From Burkholderiales bacterium (GTDB lineage: Bacteria > Pseudomonadota > Gammaproteobacteria > Burkholderiales > JAEUOS01): a stretch of 64,000 nt of DNA. Each line of letters opens with the position of its first letter. The first letter of the stretch is position 1. This document shows, piece by piece, positions 45,009-53,425 of this stretch. The notes under the pieces were generated by a model. The model was not told where the DNA came from. It searched no databases and was given only the letters and a program-made list of their open reading frames with translations. Both the position numbers and the translations under genes were made by a program. The stretch is taken from positions 13,064 through 77,063 of the forward strand of contig JAEUOS010000192.1 of the NCBI GenBank assembly GCA_016790695.1, given 5' to 3'.

Positions 45009-46685
45009 ATGCCCGAATTCGACCTCGTCCTCCACAACGGCCGCATCCACACCCTCGAGACGCCCAACCGGACCGTCGAGGCGCTGGCCGTCGCCGGCGA
45101 TCGCGTCGCCGCCGCCGGCGCGGCGGCGACGCTGCTCGCGGCGCGCGGCGCGCACACCCGGGTGATCGACCTGGCCGGCGCCACGGTCGTGCCCGGATTC
45201 TTCGACGCGCATCCGCACCTGGACCGCATGGGCCTGCGCGACCTGTGCGGGGTGGCGATCGGCCATTGCCGCTCGGTCGCGGAGATCTGCGACGCGGTGC
45301 GCGCGGCGGCCGCGCGCACGCCGCCGGGCGAGTGGATCGTCACCCTGCCGATGGGCGCGCCGCCCGACGACTATGTGTTCGATCCGCGCCAGTTGCGCGA
45401 GGGCCGCTTTCCCGATCGCCGCGACCTCGACCGCGCGGCGCCCGACCACCCGGTCTACATCCGCTCGCCCTGGGGCTGGTGGAGCCGGCTGCCGCTGCCG
45501 TCGGTCGCCAACAGCCGGGCGCTGGCGGCGGCCGGGGTCGACGCCGACACCGCGCTGCCGCCCAAGGTCGAGATGCTGCGCGACGCGACCGGCGCGCCGA
45601 CCGGCGTGTTCCTGGAGCGCAACTGGGCGCCGGTGCTCGAGTACACCCTGTTCCGCTGCGTGCCGCGCTTCACCTACGAGGACCGGGTCGCCGGCCTGCG
45701 CCACGCGGTGCGCGAGACGGTGCGCGCCGGCACCACGGCGGCCTTCGAGGGCCACGGCCTCACGCCGCAGCTGTTCGACGCCTACCGGCGCCTCGAGGCC
45801 GCGGGCGAACTGCCGCTGCGCATGCAGCTGCCCCTGAGCGTGCCGAGCGCGGCCTTCGGGGATGCCAAGATCGGCGCGCTCCTGGCCCACTGGGCGCCGC
45901 GCCTGGCCGGTCGCGGCAGCGCCGCCGGCGCGCGCGGCCTGCTCGCCGAGGAGGGCATCTGCCTCGACGTCGCCGATCCCGGCACCGCGCGCATCATCGC
46001 CACCGGCTACCCCTACGAGCAATGGGCCGGGCACTTCTACCAGGCGCTGCCGCACGAGCGCCTGGTGGCGCTCGGGGTCGCGGCCGCGCGCCTGGGCCTG
46101 CGCGTGTCCACGCTCGTCTGCTACGAGCTCGAGCGCGTGCTCGCCGCCTTCGAGGAGATCGACGCGCAGGTCGGCATCCGCGACCGGCGCTGGGTCGCGG
46201 TGCACGTCACCGAGGCGACGCCGGCGCAGATCGCGCGCATCAAGGCGCTCGGCCTGGTGGCGACCGTCACGCCCGGCTTCATGTACATGGCCAGGGACCG
46301 CTTCAACCTGCAGGCGCTGGGCGCGCGCGGCACGCCGATCCGCGCGCTGCTCGACGCCGGGGTGCCGGTGGCGCTGTCGACCGACGGCGTGCCGCACTCG
46401 ATGCTGTTCGCGCTCTGGGAGGCGCTGGCGCGCTGGGACAACGATGGCCAGGCGCGCCTCGGCGAGTCCGGGCTCACGCGCGAGGAGGCGCTGCGCCTGG
46501 CCACCGTCGCCGGCCACACCCTGACCTGGAACGAGGCGACGCGCGGGCCGCTGGCGGCCGGCATGGCCGCCGACTTCGTGGTGCTCGACGACGACCCGCT
46601 GACCTGCGCGCTCGAGCGCCTGCGCACGCTCGCGGTGCTGCGCACCTTCGTCGGCGGGCGCGAGGTGCACGGGCCGGACGCCTGA
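45009..46685 (+). CDS. Amidohydrolase (Amidohydro_3 / COG1574 YtcJ-like metal-dependent hydrolase)
   Basis: 558 aa; VVPGFFDAHPHL (HxH) near the N-terminus and DFVVLDDDPL near the C-terminus. Confidence 0.85.
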   Translation: MPEFDLVLHNGRIHTLETPNRTVEALAVAGDRVAAAGAAATLLAARGAHTRVIDLAGATVVPGFFDAHPHLDRMGLRDLCGVAIGHCRSVAEICDAVRAAAARTPPGEWIVTLPMGAPPDDYVFDPRQLREGRFPDRRDLDRAAPDHPVYIRSPWGWWSRLPLPSVANSRALAAAGVDADTALPPKVEMLRDATGAPTGVFLERNWAPVLEYTLFRCVPRFTYEDRVAGLRHAVRETVRAGTTAAFEGHGLTPQLFDAYRRLEAAGELPLRMQLPLSVPSAAFGDAKIGALLAHWAPRLAGRGSAAGARGLLAEEGICLDVADPGTARIIATGYPYEQWAGHFYQALPHERLVALGVAAARLGLRVSTLVCYELERVLAAFEEIDAQVGIRDRRWVAVHVTEATPAQIARIKALGLVATVTPGFMYMARDRFNLQALGARGTPIRALLDAGVPVALSTDGVPHSMLFALWEALARWDNDGQARLGESGLTREEALRLATVAGHTLTWNEATRGPLAAGMAADFVVLDDDPLTCALERLRTLAVLRTFVGGREVHGPDA

Positions 46686-46720
46686 GGCCGGCGCGGCCCC
46701 GGGTCCGGTGTCCGGCGGGT

Positions 46721-46735
46721 ATTCCAACTTCGAAT
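46721..46735. promoter_or_regulatory. LysR-type T-N11-A dyad (ATTC-N7-GAAT)
   Basis: attccaacttcgaat, centred 69 nt upstream of the 46797 ATG. It ends 27 nt upstream of a TAGACT -10-like hexamer (46763-46768). Confidence 0.45.
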
Positions 46736-46796
46736 AACCCGGCGCGGCCCGGCCGGGCGACGTAGACTCGCGCATCCGCCTTCTGGAGACGATGCG

Positions 46797-47687
46797 ATGC
46801 GCCTGAACCGATTCATGATCCGCCCGCTGGTCGAGGCGGGGCTGCGCGAGGAACTCAACGCCGGCGACACCACCGGCGGCTTCCTGGTCTGGGACGACGA
46901 TCCGGTGCAGACCGCGCAGATCTACGCCAAGGGCACCGGCGTGGCCTGCGGCCTGCTGTTCGCCGACGAGACCATCAAGCTGATCGACCCGGAGGCGCAG
47001 ATCGAGCACTGCGTCGAGGAAGGCGCCGCGGTCGGCCCGGGCACGGTGCTGCTCAAGGTGCGCGCGCGCGCCTCCGCGTTCTTCATGATCGAGCGCGCGG
47101 CGCTCGACTGGATCCAGCAGCTCTCGGGCATCGCCACCAAGACGCGCCGCTACGTCGACCTGATCCGCCACACCAAGGTGCGCCTGACCGACACCCGCAA
47201 GGGCTGGCCGGGGCTGCGCATGGTGCAGAAGTACGCGGTGCGCGTCGGCGGCGCGCACAACCACATCTTCAACCTCACCAACTGCGTGCTGGTCAAGGAC
47301 AACCACATCAAGATCGCCGGCAGCATCAGGAACGCGGTCGAGATCCTGCGCGCGCGCGCGCAGCACACCTTCAAGTTCGAGGTCGAGTGCGAGTCGCTGG
47401 CAATGGTCGAGGAGGCGCTGGCCTGCGGCGTCGAGGTGATCATGTTCGACAACATGGATCTGGACGAGATGCGCGCGGCGCTCAAGGTCGTCGGCGGCCG
47501 CGCCATCACCGAGGCCTCGGGCGGGGTCAACGAGAGCACCGTGGTCGCGATCGCCGAGACCGGCGTCGACGTGATCTCGGTGGGCGACCTCACGCACACG
47601 GTCAAGGCGCTCGACATCAGCCTCGACGTGCGCGACATCAAGCCCTCGGCGCTGCGCACCATCGACCGGCTGCGGGCGGCCGGCTGA
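46797..47687 (+). CDS. Quinolinate phosphoribosyltransferase (NadC/ModD)-family protein, divergent active site
   Basis: 296 aa; ERAALDWIQQLSGIAT, DTRKGWPGLR, KYAVRVGGAHNH, KDNH, FEVECE, IMFDN and ASGGV all align with my recollection of E. coli NadC. The NHR arginine is Ile here. Confidence 0.8.
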   Translation: MRLNRFMIRPLVEAGLREELNAGDTTGGFLVWDDDPVQTAQIYAKGTGVACGLLFADETIKLIDPEAQIEHCVEEGAAVGPGTVLLKVRARASAFFMIERAALDWIQQLSGIATKTRRYVDLIRHTKVRLTDTRKGWPGLRMVQKYAVRVGGAHNHIFNLTNCVLVKDNHIKIAGSIRNAVEILRARAQHTFKFEVECESLAMVEEALACGVEVIMFDNMDLDEMRAALKVVGGRAITEASGGVNESTVVAIAETGVDVISVGDLTHTVKALDISLDVRDIKPSALRTIDRLRAAG

Positions 47688-48412
47688 TGGCCGCGCCGGC
47701 GCGCTTCCGCGCGCGTCACGGCGTGATCGTCGCGCTCGACGCCGACGGGGTCGACGCCTGCAAGCGCACCATCGATCTCACGGCCGCGGTCGACGGCGTG
47801 GTCGGCTACAAGCTCGGCATGACCATGGTGCTGCGCCTGGGCCTGGCCGAATCGGTGCGCCAGCTGCGCGCGCACACCGACCTGCCGCTCCTGTACGACC
47901 ACCAGAAGGCCGGCCCGGACGTGTTCGACATGGCGCCGAAGTTCGCCGGCCTGTGCGCCGAGGCCGGCGTCGACGGGCTGATCCTGTTCCCCACCGCCGG
48001 GCCGCGCGCGGTCGACGCCTTCGTCGGCGAGACCATCCGGCGCGGCATGCTGGCGCTGGTCGGCGGCGACCTGCCGTTCCCCGACTACAACGTCGGCGGC
48101 GGCGGCTACGTCGCCGACGACGCGCTCGAGCGCATCATCGACCGCGCGATCGCCTGCGGCGCCGACCACTTCGTGGTGCCGGGCAACACGCCGGACAAGC
48201 TGCGCCGTCACGCCGCGCGCCTGAAGGGCCGGCTCGCGCGCCCGGTGTTCGTGGTGCCGGGCATCGGCCCGCTCGGCGGAAAGATCGGCGATCTGGTCGC
48301 CGCCGCCGGCGGTGCCAGCGTCTACGGCGTGGTCGGACGCGCGGTCTACGGCGCGAGCGACCAGACGGCGGCGGCGCGCGCGCTCGCCGACGAGGCGCTG
48401 GCGGCCGGCTGA
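47687..48412 (+). CDS. Orotidine-5'-phosphate-decarboxylase-fold protein (atypical catalytic motif spacing)
   Basis: 241 aa; VALD...GYKLG, VVPGIGPLGG, and YGVVGRAVYGASD (phosphate-gripper end). TGATG overlap with the previous gene. Confidence 0.7.
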   Translation: MAAPARFRARHGVIVALDADGVDACKRTIDLTAAVDGVVGYKLGMTMVLRLGLAESVRQLRAHTDLPLLYDHQKAGPDVFDMAPKFAGLCAEAGVDGLILFPTAGPRAVDAFVGETIRRGMLALVGGDLPFPDYNVGGGGYVADDALERIIDRAIACGADHFVVPGNTPDKLRRHAARLKGRLARPVFVVPGIGPLGGKIGDLVAAAGGASVYGVVGRAVYGASDQTAAARALADEALAAG

Positions 48413-49170
48413 TGCCCGCGCCGCGCGACGACCGCCCGGTCGTGCTGTTCGACTGGGGCGAGACGCTGATGTGGATCCCCGGCATGATCCACGACCCGGA
48501 CCGCCACCTCGCCTGCGTCGAGGAGATCTACGACGAGCGCATCCGGCCGCATGTGCGCGGCGCAAGCGGCGGCGCCCCGGTCGGCCGGTTCGTCGAGCAC
48601 TACCTGCTCGCCTGCCGGCGCCAGATCGCGCAGTCGAAGGCGACCCAGCGCGAGCACAGCTTCGCCGACCGCTTCGCCATGGCCTTCGCGCTGGCCGGCG
48701 TCGACGCGCTGCCGCCGCGCGCGGTGTTCGAGGGCATCGCCGATGCGCTGGGCGACGCGGTCGCGCGCAACGCGCGCCTGCTCGACGGCGCGGCCGACGT
48801 GGTTCCGCGCCTGGCCGCCACCCACCGCCTCGGCGTGGTGTCGAACTACCCGCACGGGCCGGTCGTGGCGGCCAGCCTCGCGCGCTTCGGTCTGCTGCGC
48901 CACTTCGAGGCCGTGGTGGTGTCGTCCGAGACCGGCTGGATGAAGCCGCATGCGGACTGCTACCGCCCCGCGCTCGCGGCGCTGGCGGCCGATCCGGCGC
49001 GCACCCTGATGGTCGGCGACGACCTGGTCAACGACGTCCGGGGCGCGAAGGCGCTGGGCCTCCATACCGCGTGGCTGGCGCCGCACGCGACCGCGCTCGA
49101 TGCCGCGGTCGACATCCACCTGCGGCACCTGGACGAGCTGCCGGCCCATTGCGCGAGGCTGTTCGCATGA
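48412..49170 (+). CDS. HAD-superfamily hydrolase
   Basis: 252 aa; motif I VLFDWGETL, motif II VVSN, motifs III/IV K...VGDDLVNDV. TGATG overlap with the previous gene. Confidence 0.75.
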   Translation: MPAPRDDRPVVLFDWGETLMWIPGMIHDPDRHLACVEEIYDERIRPHVRGASGGAPVGRFVEHYLLACRRQIAQSKATQREHSFADRFAMAFALAGVDALPPRAVFEGIADALGDAVARNARLLDGAADVVPRLAATHRLGVVSNYPHGPVVAASLARFGLLRHFEAVVVSSETGWMKPHADCYRPALAALAADPARTLMVGDDLVNDVRGAKALGLHTAWLAPHATALDAAVDIHLRHLDELPAHCARLFA

Positions 49171-50621
49171 GCTTTCCGACCGACCTCCTGATCGACGGCA
49201 GGTTCGTGCCCGCGGCCGCGGGCGCGCGCTTCGCGGTGACGAGCCCGCTCGATTTCTCCACGCTGGCCGAGGTGGCCGCCGCCGGGCGCGCCGATCTCGA
49301 TCTGGCGGTCGCCGCCGCGCGGCGTGCGTTCGATGCGGGCGCCTGGTCCGGCATGATGCCGTTCGCGCGCGGCAAGCTCTTGCGGCGCATCGCCGAGGGC
49401 ATCCGCGCCGCGGGGCAGCGCCTCGCCGAGGTCGAGACCACGAGCGGCGGCAAGACCATCGCCAATTCCCTGAACGAGGTCGAGTCCGCGGCCAACGTCT
49501 TCGAGTACTACGCCGGCGCGATGGACAAGTTCTACGGCGACACCATCCCGATGGGTTCGTCCGTGCTCGACTTCACGCTGCGCGAGCCGGTCGGCGTGGT
49601 GGCGGCGATCACGCCGTGGAACTTCCCGTTCCTGGCCGCTGCCTGGAAGGTGGCGCCGGCGCTCGCCGCCGGGTGCACGGTCGTCCTGAAGCCGGCGAGC
49701 CACACGCCGCTGACCGCGCTGATGCTGGGCGAGATCGCGCTCGCCGCCGGCGTGCCGGCGGGCGTGCTCAACATCCTGCCGGGACCCGGCGCCGCGCGCG
49801 GCGAGGCCATCGCGCGCCATCCGGGGATCGACAAGATCTCCTTCACCGGCTCGACCGCGGCCGGCGCGCTGCTTTCGCGCCAGGCGGCCGACGGCATCAA
49901 GCGCGTCACCCTGGAACTCGGCGGCAAGAGCCCGAACCTGGTCTTCGCCGACGCCGACATCGGCAAGGCGGCCGCGCAGGCGGTCAAGGCCGGCTTCGGC
50001 AACGCGGGCCAGAGCTGCTCGGCGCGCACCCGCGTCCTGGTCGAGCGCGGCGCCCACGACGCCTTTCTCGAGGCCTTCGCCGCCGCGACCGCGCAGGCGC
50101 GCGTCGGCGATCCGCGCGATCCGGCGACCGAGATCGGGCCGCTGGTCTCGCGCGCGCAGCGCGACACGGTGCACGGCTACGTGGAATCGGGCATTGCCGA
50201 GGGCTGCCGCCTGGTCGCCGGCGGCGCGCCGCCGGCCGGCCTCGGCGGCGGCGCCTACTATGCGCCGACCATCCTCGCCGGCGCGCGCAACGCGATGCGC
50301 GTCGCGCAGGAGGAGATCTTCGGGCCGGTCGTGGTGGTGATGCCGTTCGCCACCGAAGCCGAGGCCGTCGCGCTCGCCAACGACAGCCCCTACGGCCTGA
50401 ACGCCTCGGTATGGACGCGCGACACCGGCCGCGCGCTGCGCGTCGCGCGCGCGATCCGGAGCGGCATGGTCAGCGTAAACTCGCATGGCAGCGCGAGCCG
50501 CTACGGCTTCATGGCGCCGTTCGGCGGCGTCAAGCAGTCGGGCATCGGCCGCGAGCTCGGCATGGACGCGCTGTCGCTGTACACCGACGTCAAGAACGTC
50601 TTCGTCGACCTGGAGGACTGA
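49167..50621 (+). CDS. NAD(P)-dependent aldehyde dehydrogenase
   Basis: 484 aa; ITPWNFP, LELGGKSP, FGNAGQSCSA (catalytic Cys) and EEIFGPV. ATGA overlap with the HAD stop. Confidence 0.9.
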   Translation: MSFPTDLLIDGRFVPAAAGARFAVTSPLDFSTLAEVAAAGRADLDLAVAAARRAFDAGAWSGMMPFARGKLLRRIAEGIRAAGQRLAEVETTSGGKTIANSLNEVESAANVFEYYAGAMDKFYGDTIPMGSSVLDFTLREPVGVVAAITPWNFPFLAAAWKVAPALAAGCTVVLKPASHTPLTALMLGEIALAAGVPAGVLNILPGPGAARGEAIARHPGIDKISFTGSTAAGALLSRQAADGIKRVTLELGGKSPNLVFADADIGKAAAQAVKAGFGNAGQSCSARTRVLVERGAHDAFLEAFAAATAQARVGDPRDPATEIGPLVSRAQRDTVHGYVESGIAEGCRLVAGGAPPAGLGGGAYYAPTILAGARNAMRVAQEEIFGPVVVVMPFATEAEAVALANDSPYGLNASVWTRDTGRALRVARAIRSGMVSVNSHGSASRYGFMAPFGGVKQSGIGRELGMDALSLYTDVKNVFVDLED

Positions 50622-50624
50622 CCC

Positions 50625-51884
50625 GTGGCGAGTCTGGCCATCACCGGCGGCACGCTGATCGACGGCAGCGGCCGCGACCCGCTCGCCCACGCCACCGTCG
50701 TCGTCGAGGACGACCGCATCGTCGCCTGCGGGCCGGCGGCCGGCGTGGCGATCCCGCGCGGCGCGCGCGTGCTCGACGCCGGCGGGCGCACCATCATGCC
50801 GGGCATCATCGACTGCCACGTGCACGGCACCTACCGCGCGCGCGACATGCGCGCGCACCTGCTGAACGCGCCGACCTACAACGTGCTGCGCTCGACCCAC
50901 GTGCTGCGCGAGACCCTCGCCTGCGGCGTCACCACCGCGCGCGACATGGGCGGGGCCGACGCCGGCTTTCGCGAGGCGATCGCCGAGGGCTTCATCGACG
51001 GCCCGCGCCTGCTGATCTCGATCGCCATGGTGTCGCAGACCGGCGGCCACGGCGACGCCTGGGTCCCGGCCGGCCTGCGCGTGCAGAAGCGCGCCTGGCT
51101 GCCGAGCCCGGTCGCCGACGGCGTCGACGAGGTGCGGCGCCTGGTGCGCCACCTGCTGATGGCGGGCGCAGACTTCATCAAGATCTGCGCCACCGGCGGC
51201 ATCACCTCGGTGACCGATTCCTGGGACGAGGCGCAGTTCACCGTCGACGAGATCAAGGTCGCGGTGGCGGAGGCGGCGGCGCGCCGCAAGACGGTCGCGG
51301 TGCACGCCGAGGGCATCGACGGCATCCGCACCGCGCTCGCCTGCGGCATCCATTCGCTCGAGCACGGCTGGTTCATCGACGAGGCCTGCGTCGAGACCAT
51401 GCTCGCGGCCGGCACCTGGTGGGTGCCGACGCTCGCGCTGGTGCCGCTGTCGCTCGAGCACCGCAAGGCCAACAGCGCGTGGGACAAGCAGCAGCTCGCG
51501 AACGAGGCCGGCAAGGAGGCCGAGATCTATGCGCGCATGGAGCGGCAGGTCCCGCTGTGGAAGGACGCGGTGCGGCGCGGCGTCAAGGTCGCCTTCGGCA
51601 CCGACCAGTCGCATCGCCTGCTGGTCGGCGAGAACCTGGTGGAGCTGCGCTTCATGGTCGACTGGCTCGGCATGACGCCGATGCAGGCGCTGGTGGCGGC
51701 GACCGGCCGCGCCGCCGAATGCATCGGCAGGAACGATGTCGGCCGCATCGCGCCGGGGTGCCTCGCCGATCTCCTCGTGGTCGACGGCGACCCGCTCGCC
51801 GACATCCGCGTGCTCGAGGAGCGTTCGCGCCTGAAGCTGGTCATGCAGGGCGGGCGCGCGTTCACCAACACCCTGCGGGAGTAG
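50625..51884 (+). CDS. Amidohydrolase (Amidohydro_1 / COG1228-like)
   Basis: GTG start 3 nt after the ALDH stop, GGAGGA Shine-Dalgarno. 419 aa; MPGIIDCHVHG (HxH) and C-terminal DLLVVDGDPLADI. Confidence 0.85.
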   Translation: MASLAITGGTLIDGSGRDPLAHATVVVEDDRIVACGPAAGVAIPRGARVLDAGGRTIMPGIIDCHVHGTYRARDMRAHLLNAPTYNVLRSTHVLRETLACGVTTARDMGGADAGFREAIAEGFIDGPRLLISIAMVSQTGGHGDAWVPAGLRVQKRAWLPSPVADGVDEVRRLVRHLLMAGADFIKICATGGITSVTDSWDEAQFTVDEIKVAVAEAAARRKTVAVHAEGIDGIRTALACGIHSLEHGWFIDEACVETMLAAGTWWVPTLALVPLSLEHRKANSAWDKQQLANEAGKEAEIYARMERQVPLWKDAVRRGVKVAFGTDQSHRLLVGENLVELRFMVDWLGMTPMQALVAATGRAAECIGRNDVGRIAPGCLADLLVVDGDPLADIRVLEERSRLKLVMQGGRAFTNTLRE

Positions 51885-51886
51885 CC

Positions 51887-52375
51887 ATGTTCTCCACCGA
51901 ACTGCTCGACAAGGCGGCGCGCGCGCTCGCCGCCGCGCGCGCCGCCGGCGTGCGCATCGCCACCGCCGAGACCTGCACCGCGGGCCTGGTCAGCGGCTGC
52001 ATCACCGCGGTGTCGGGCGCGTCGCAGACCTTCGAGCGCGGCTTCGTCCTCTACCACGACAGCGCCAAGGCCACCGGGCTCGGCGTGCCCGAGGAGATCT
52101 CGCGCGCGCACGGCGCGGTGAGCGCCGAGGTCACGCAGGGCCTGGCCGAGGGCGCGCTCGCGCACTCCAGCGCGGGCGTCGCGGTGGCGGTGACCGGCTA
52201 TGCGGGCCCGGGCGGCGGCAGCGCGAAGAACCCGGTCGGGACCTGCTACATCGCCGCGGCGCGGCCGGGCATGCCGACGCTCGTCGAGCGCCACGTGTTC
52301 GCCGGCGATCGCGACGGCGTGCGCCTGGCCGCGGTCGGCGCCGCGCTCGACCTGATCGTCAAGCGCCTCGCCTGA
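51887..52375 (+). CDS. CinA C-terminal-domain / PncC-type nicotinamide-nucleotide amidohydrolase family
   Basis: 162 aa; ATAETCTAGLVSG, SAEV...LAEGA, AVTGYAGPGGGS..NPVGTCYIA. Confidence 0.85.
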   Translation: MFSTELLDKAARALAAARAAGVRIATAETCTAGLVSGCITAVSGASQTFERGFVLYHDSAKATGLGVPEEISRAHGAVSAEVTQGLAEGALAHSSAGVAVAVTGYAGPGGGSAKNPVGTCYIAAARPGMPTLVERHVFAGDRDGVRLAAVGAALDLIVKRLA

Positions 52376-52378
52376 GCC

Positions 52379-53425
52379 GTGCCGGCGCCCGCGACCGGCC
52401 GCGACGTCGGCGCGGCGATCCCGGTCACCATCCTCACCGGCGCGCTCGGCGCCGGCAAGACCACGCTCATCAACACCGCGCTCGCCGGCGCCCTCGCCGA
52501 GGTCGCGGTCGTGGTCAACGAGTTCGGCGAGATCGGCATCGACGATGCGCTGATCCGCGCCGCGAGCGAGGACGTGGTGCTGCTGCCCGGCGGGTGCGTC
52601 TGCTGCGTCGTGCGCGCCGACCTCGCGGTGGCCCTGCTGCAGCTCGAGCGCGGCGCGGCGCGCGGCGAGCATCCGGGGTTCCGGCGCGTGCTCGTCGAGA
52701 CCAGCGGCCTGGCCGAGCCCGGGCCGATCCTGCAGCTGTTCGCCGAGTCGCCGGCGCTGGCGGGGCGCTTCCGCGTCGACGTGCTGGTCTGCGTGGTCGA
52801 CGCCCAGGCCGGCGCCGCGGCGCTCGCGGCGGACGGCGCGGCGCGGCGCCAGGCGCTCCTCGCCGACCGCCTGCTCGTGAGCAAGGCGGAACGGGCGACG
52901 GCGGACGGCCTCGCGGCGCTTGACCGGATGCTCGAGGCGATCAATCCGCAGGCCGAGCGCCTGCGCGCGCCGCGCGGGGTCGCGCAGGCGGACTGGTTCG
53001 GGCCGGCGCCGCTGGCGCACGCGCGCGTGGTGCCGGCGGCGCTGCTGCGCGCCGCGCACGACGACGCGATCGAGTCCTTCGTGCTGCGCTGGGATGCGGC
53101 GCAGCCGCTGGCCGCGATCGGCGACTGGCTGCGCGCCCTGTGCGAGTCGCACGGGGCGCGCATCCTGCGCATCAAGGGCATCGTCGCCGCCGCCGGCGTC
53201 GACGCCGGCGTGGCGGTGCATGCGGTCGGGCACCTGATGGGCCCGCCCGAGTTCCTCGCGCAGCCCGCGGCCGAGTCGCGCGTGGTGCTGATCACCCGCG
53301 GGCTGGAGCCCGGGGATGTGGCACCACCCTGGCCGTGTGCGGCGGGGCGCGCAGCGGCGGCGCCCCGCGCGCGAGCAGCGCCCACACCGCTTCCGCCGCC
53401 GCCGGCAGGGGCGTCCGGCGCCTGA
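52379..53425 (+). CDS. COG0523 (CobW/YjiA-like) metallochaperone GTPase
   Basis: GTG start; Walker A GALGAGKTTL, CxCC metal motif (GGCVCCVV), ETSGLAEP. The last ~40 codons are low-complexity and overlap the convergent LysR gene. Confidence 0.85.
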   Translation: MPAPATGRDVGAAIPVTILTGALGAGKTTLINTALAGALAEVAVVVNEFGEIGIDDALIRAASEDVVLLPGGCVCCVVRADLAVALLQLERGAARGEHPGFRRVLVETSGLAEPGPILQLFAESPALAGRFRVDVLVCVVDAQAGAAALAADGAARRQALLADRLLVSKAERATADGLAALDRMLEAINPQAERLRAPRGVAQADWFGPAPLAHARVVPAALLRAAHDDAIESFVLRWDAAQPLAAIGDWLRALCESHGARILRIKGIVAAAGVDAGVAVHAVGHLMGPPEFLAQPAAESRVVLITRGLEPGDVAPPWPCAAGRAAAAPRARAAPTPLPPPPAGASGA

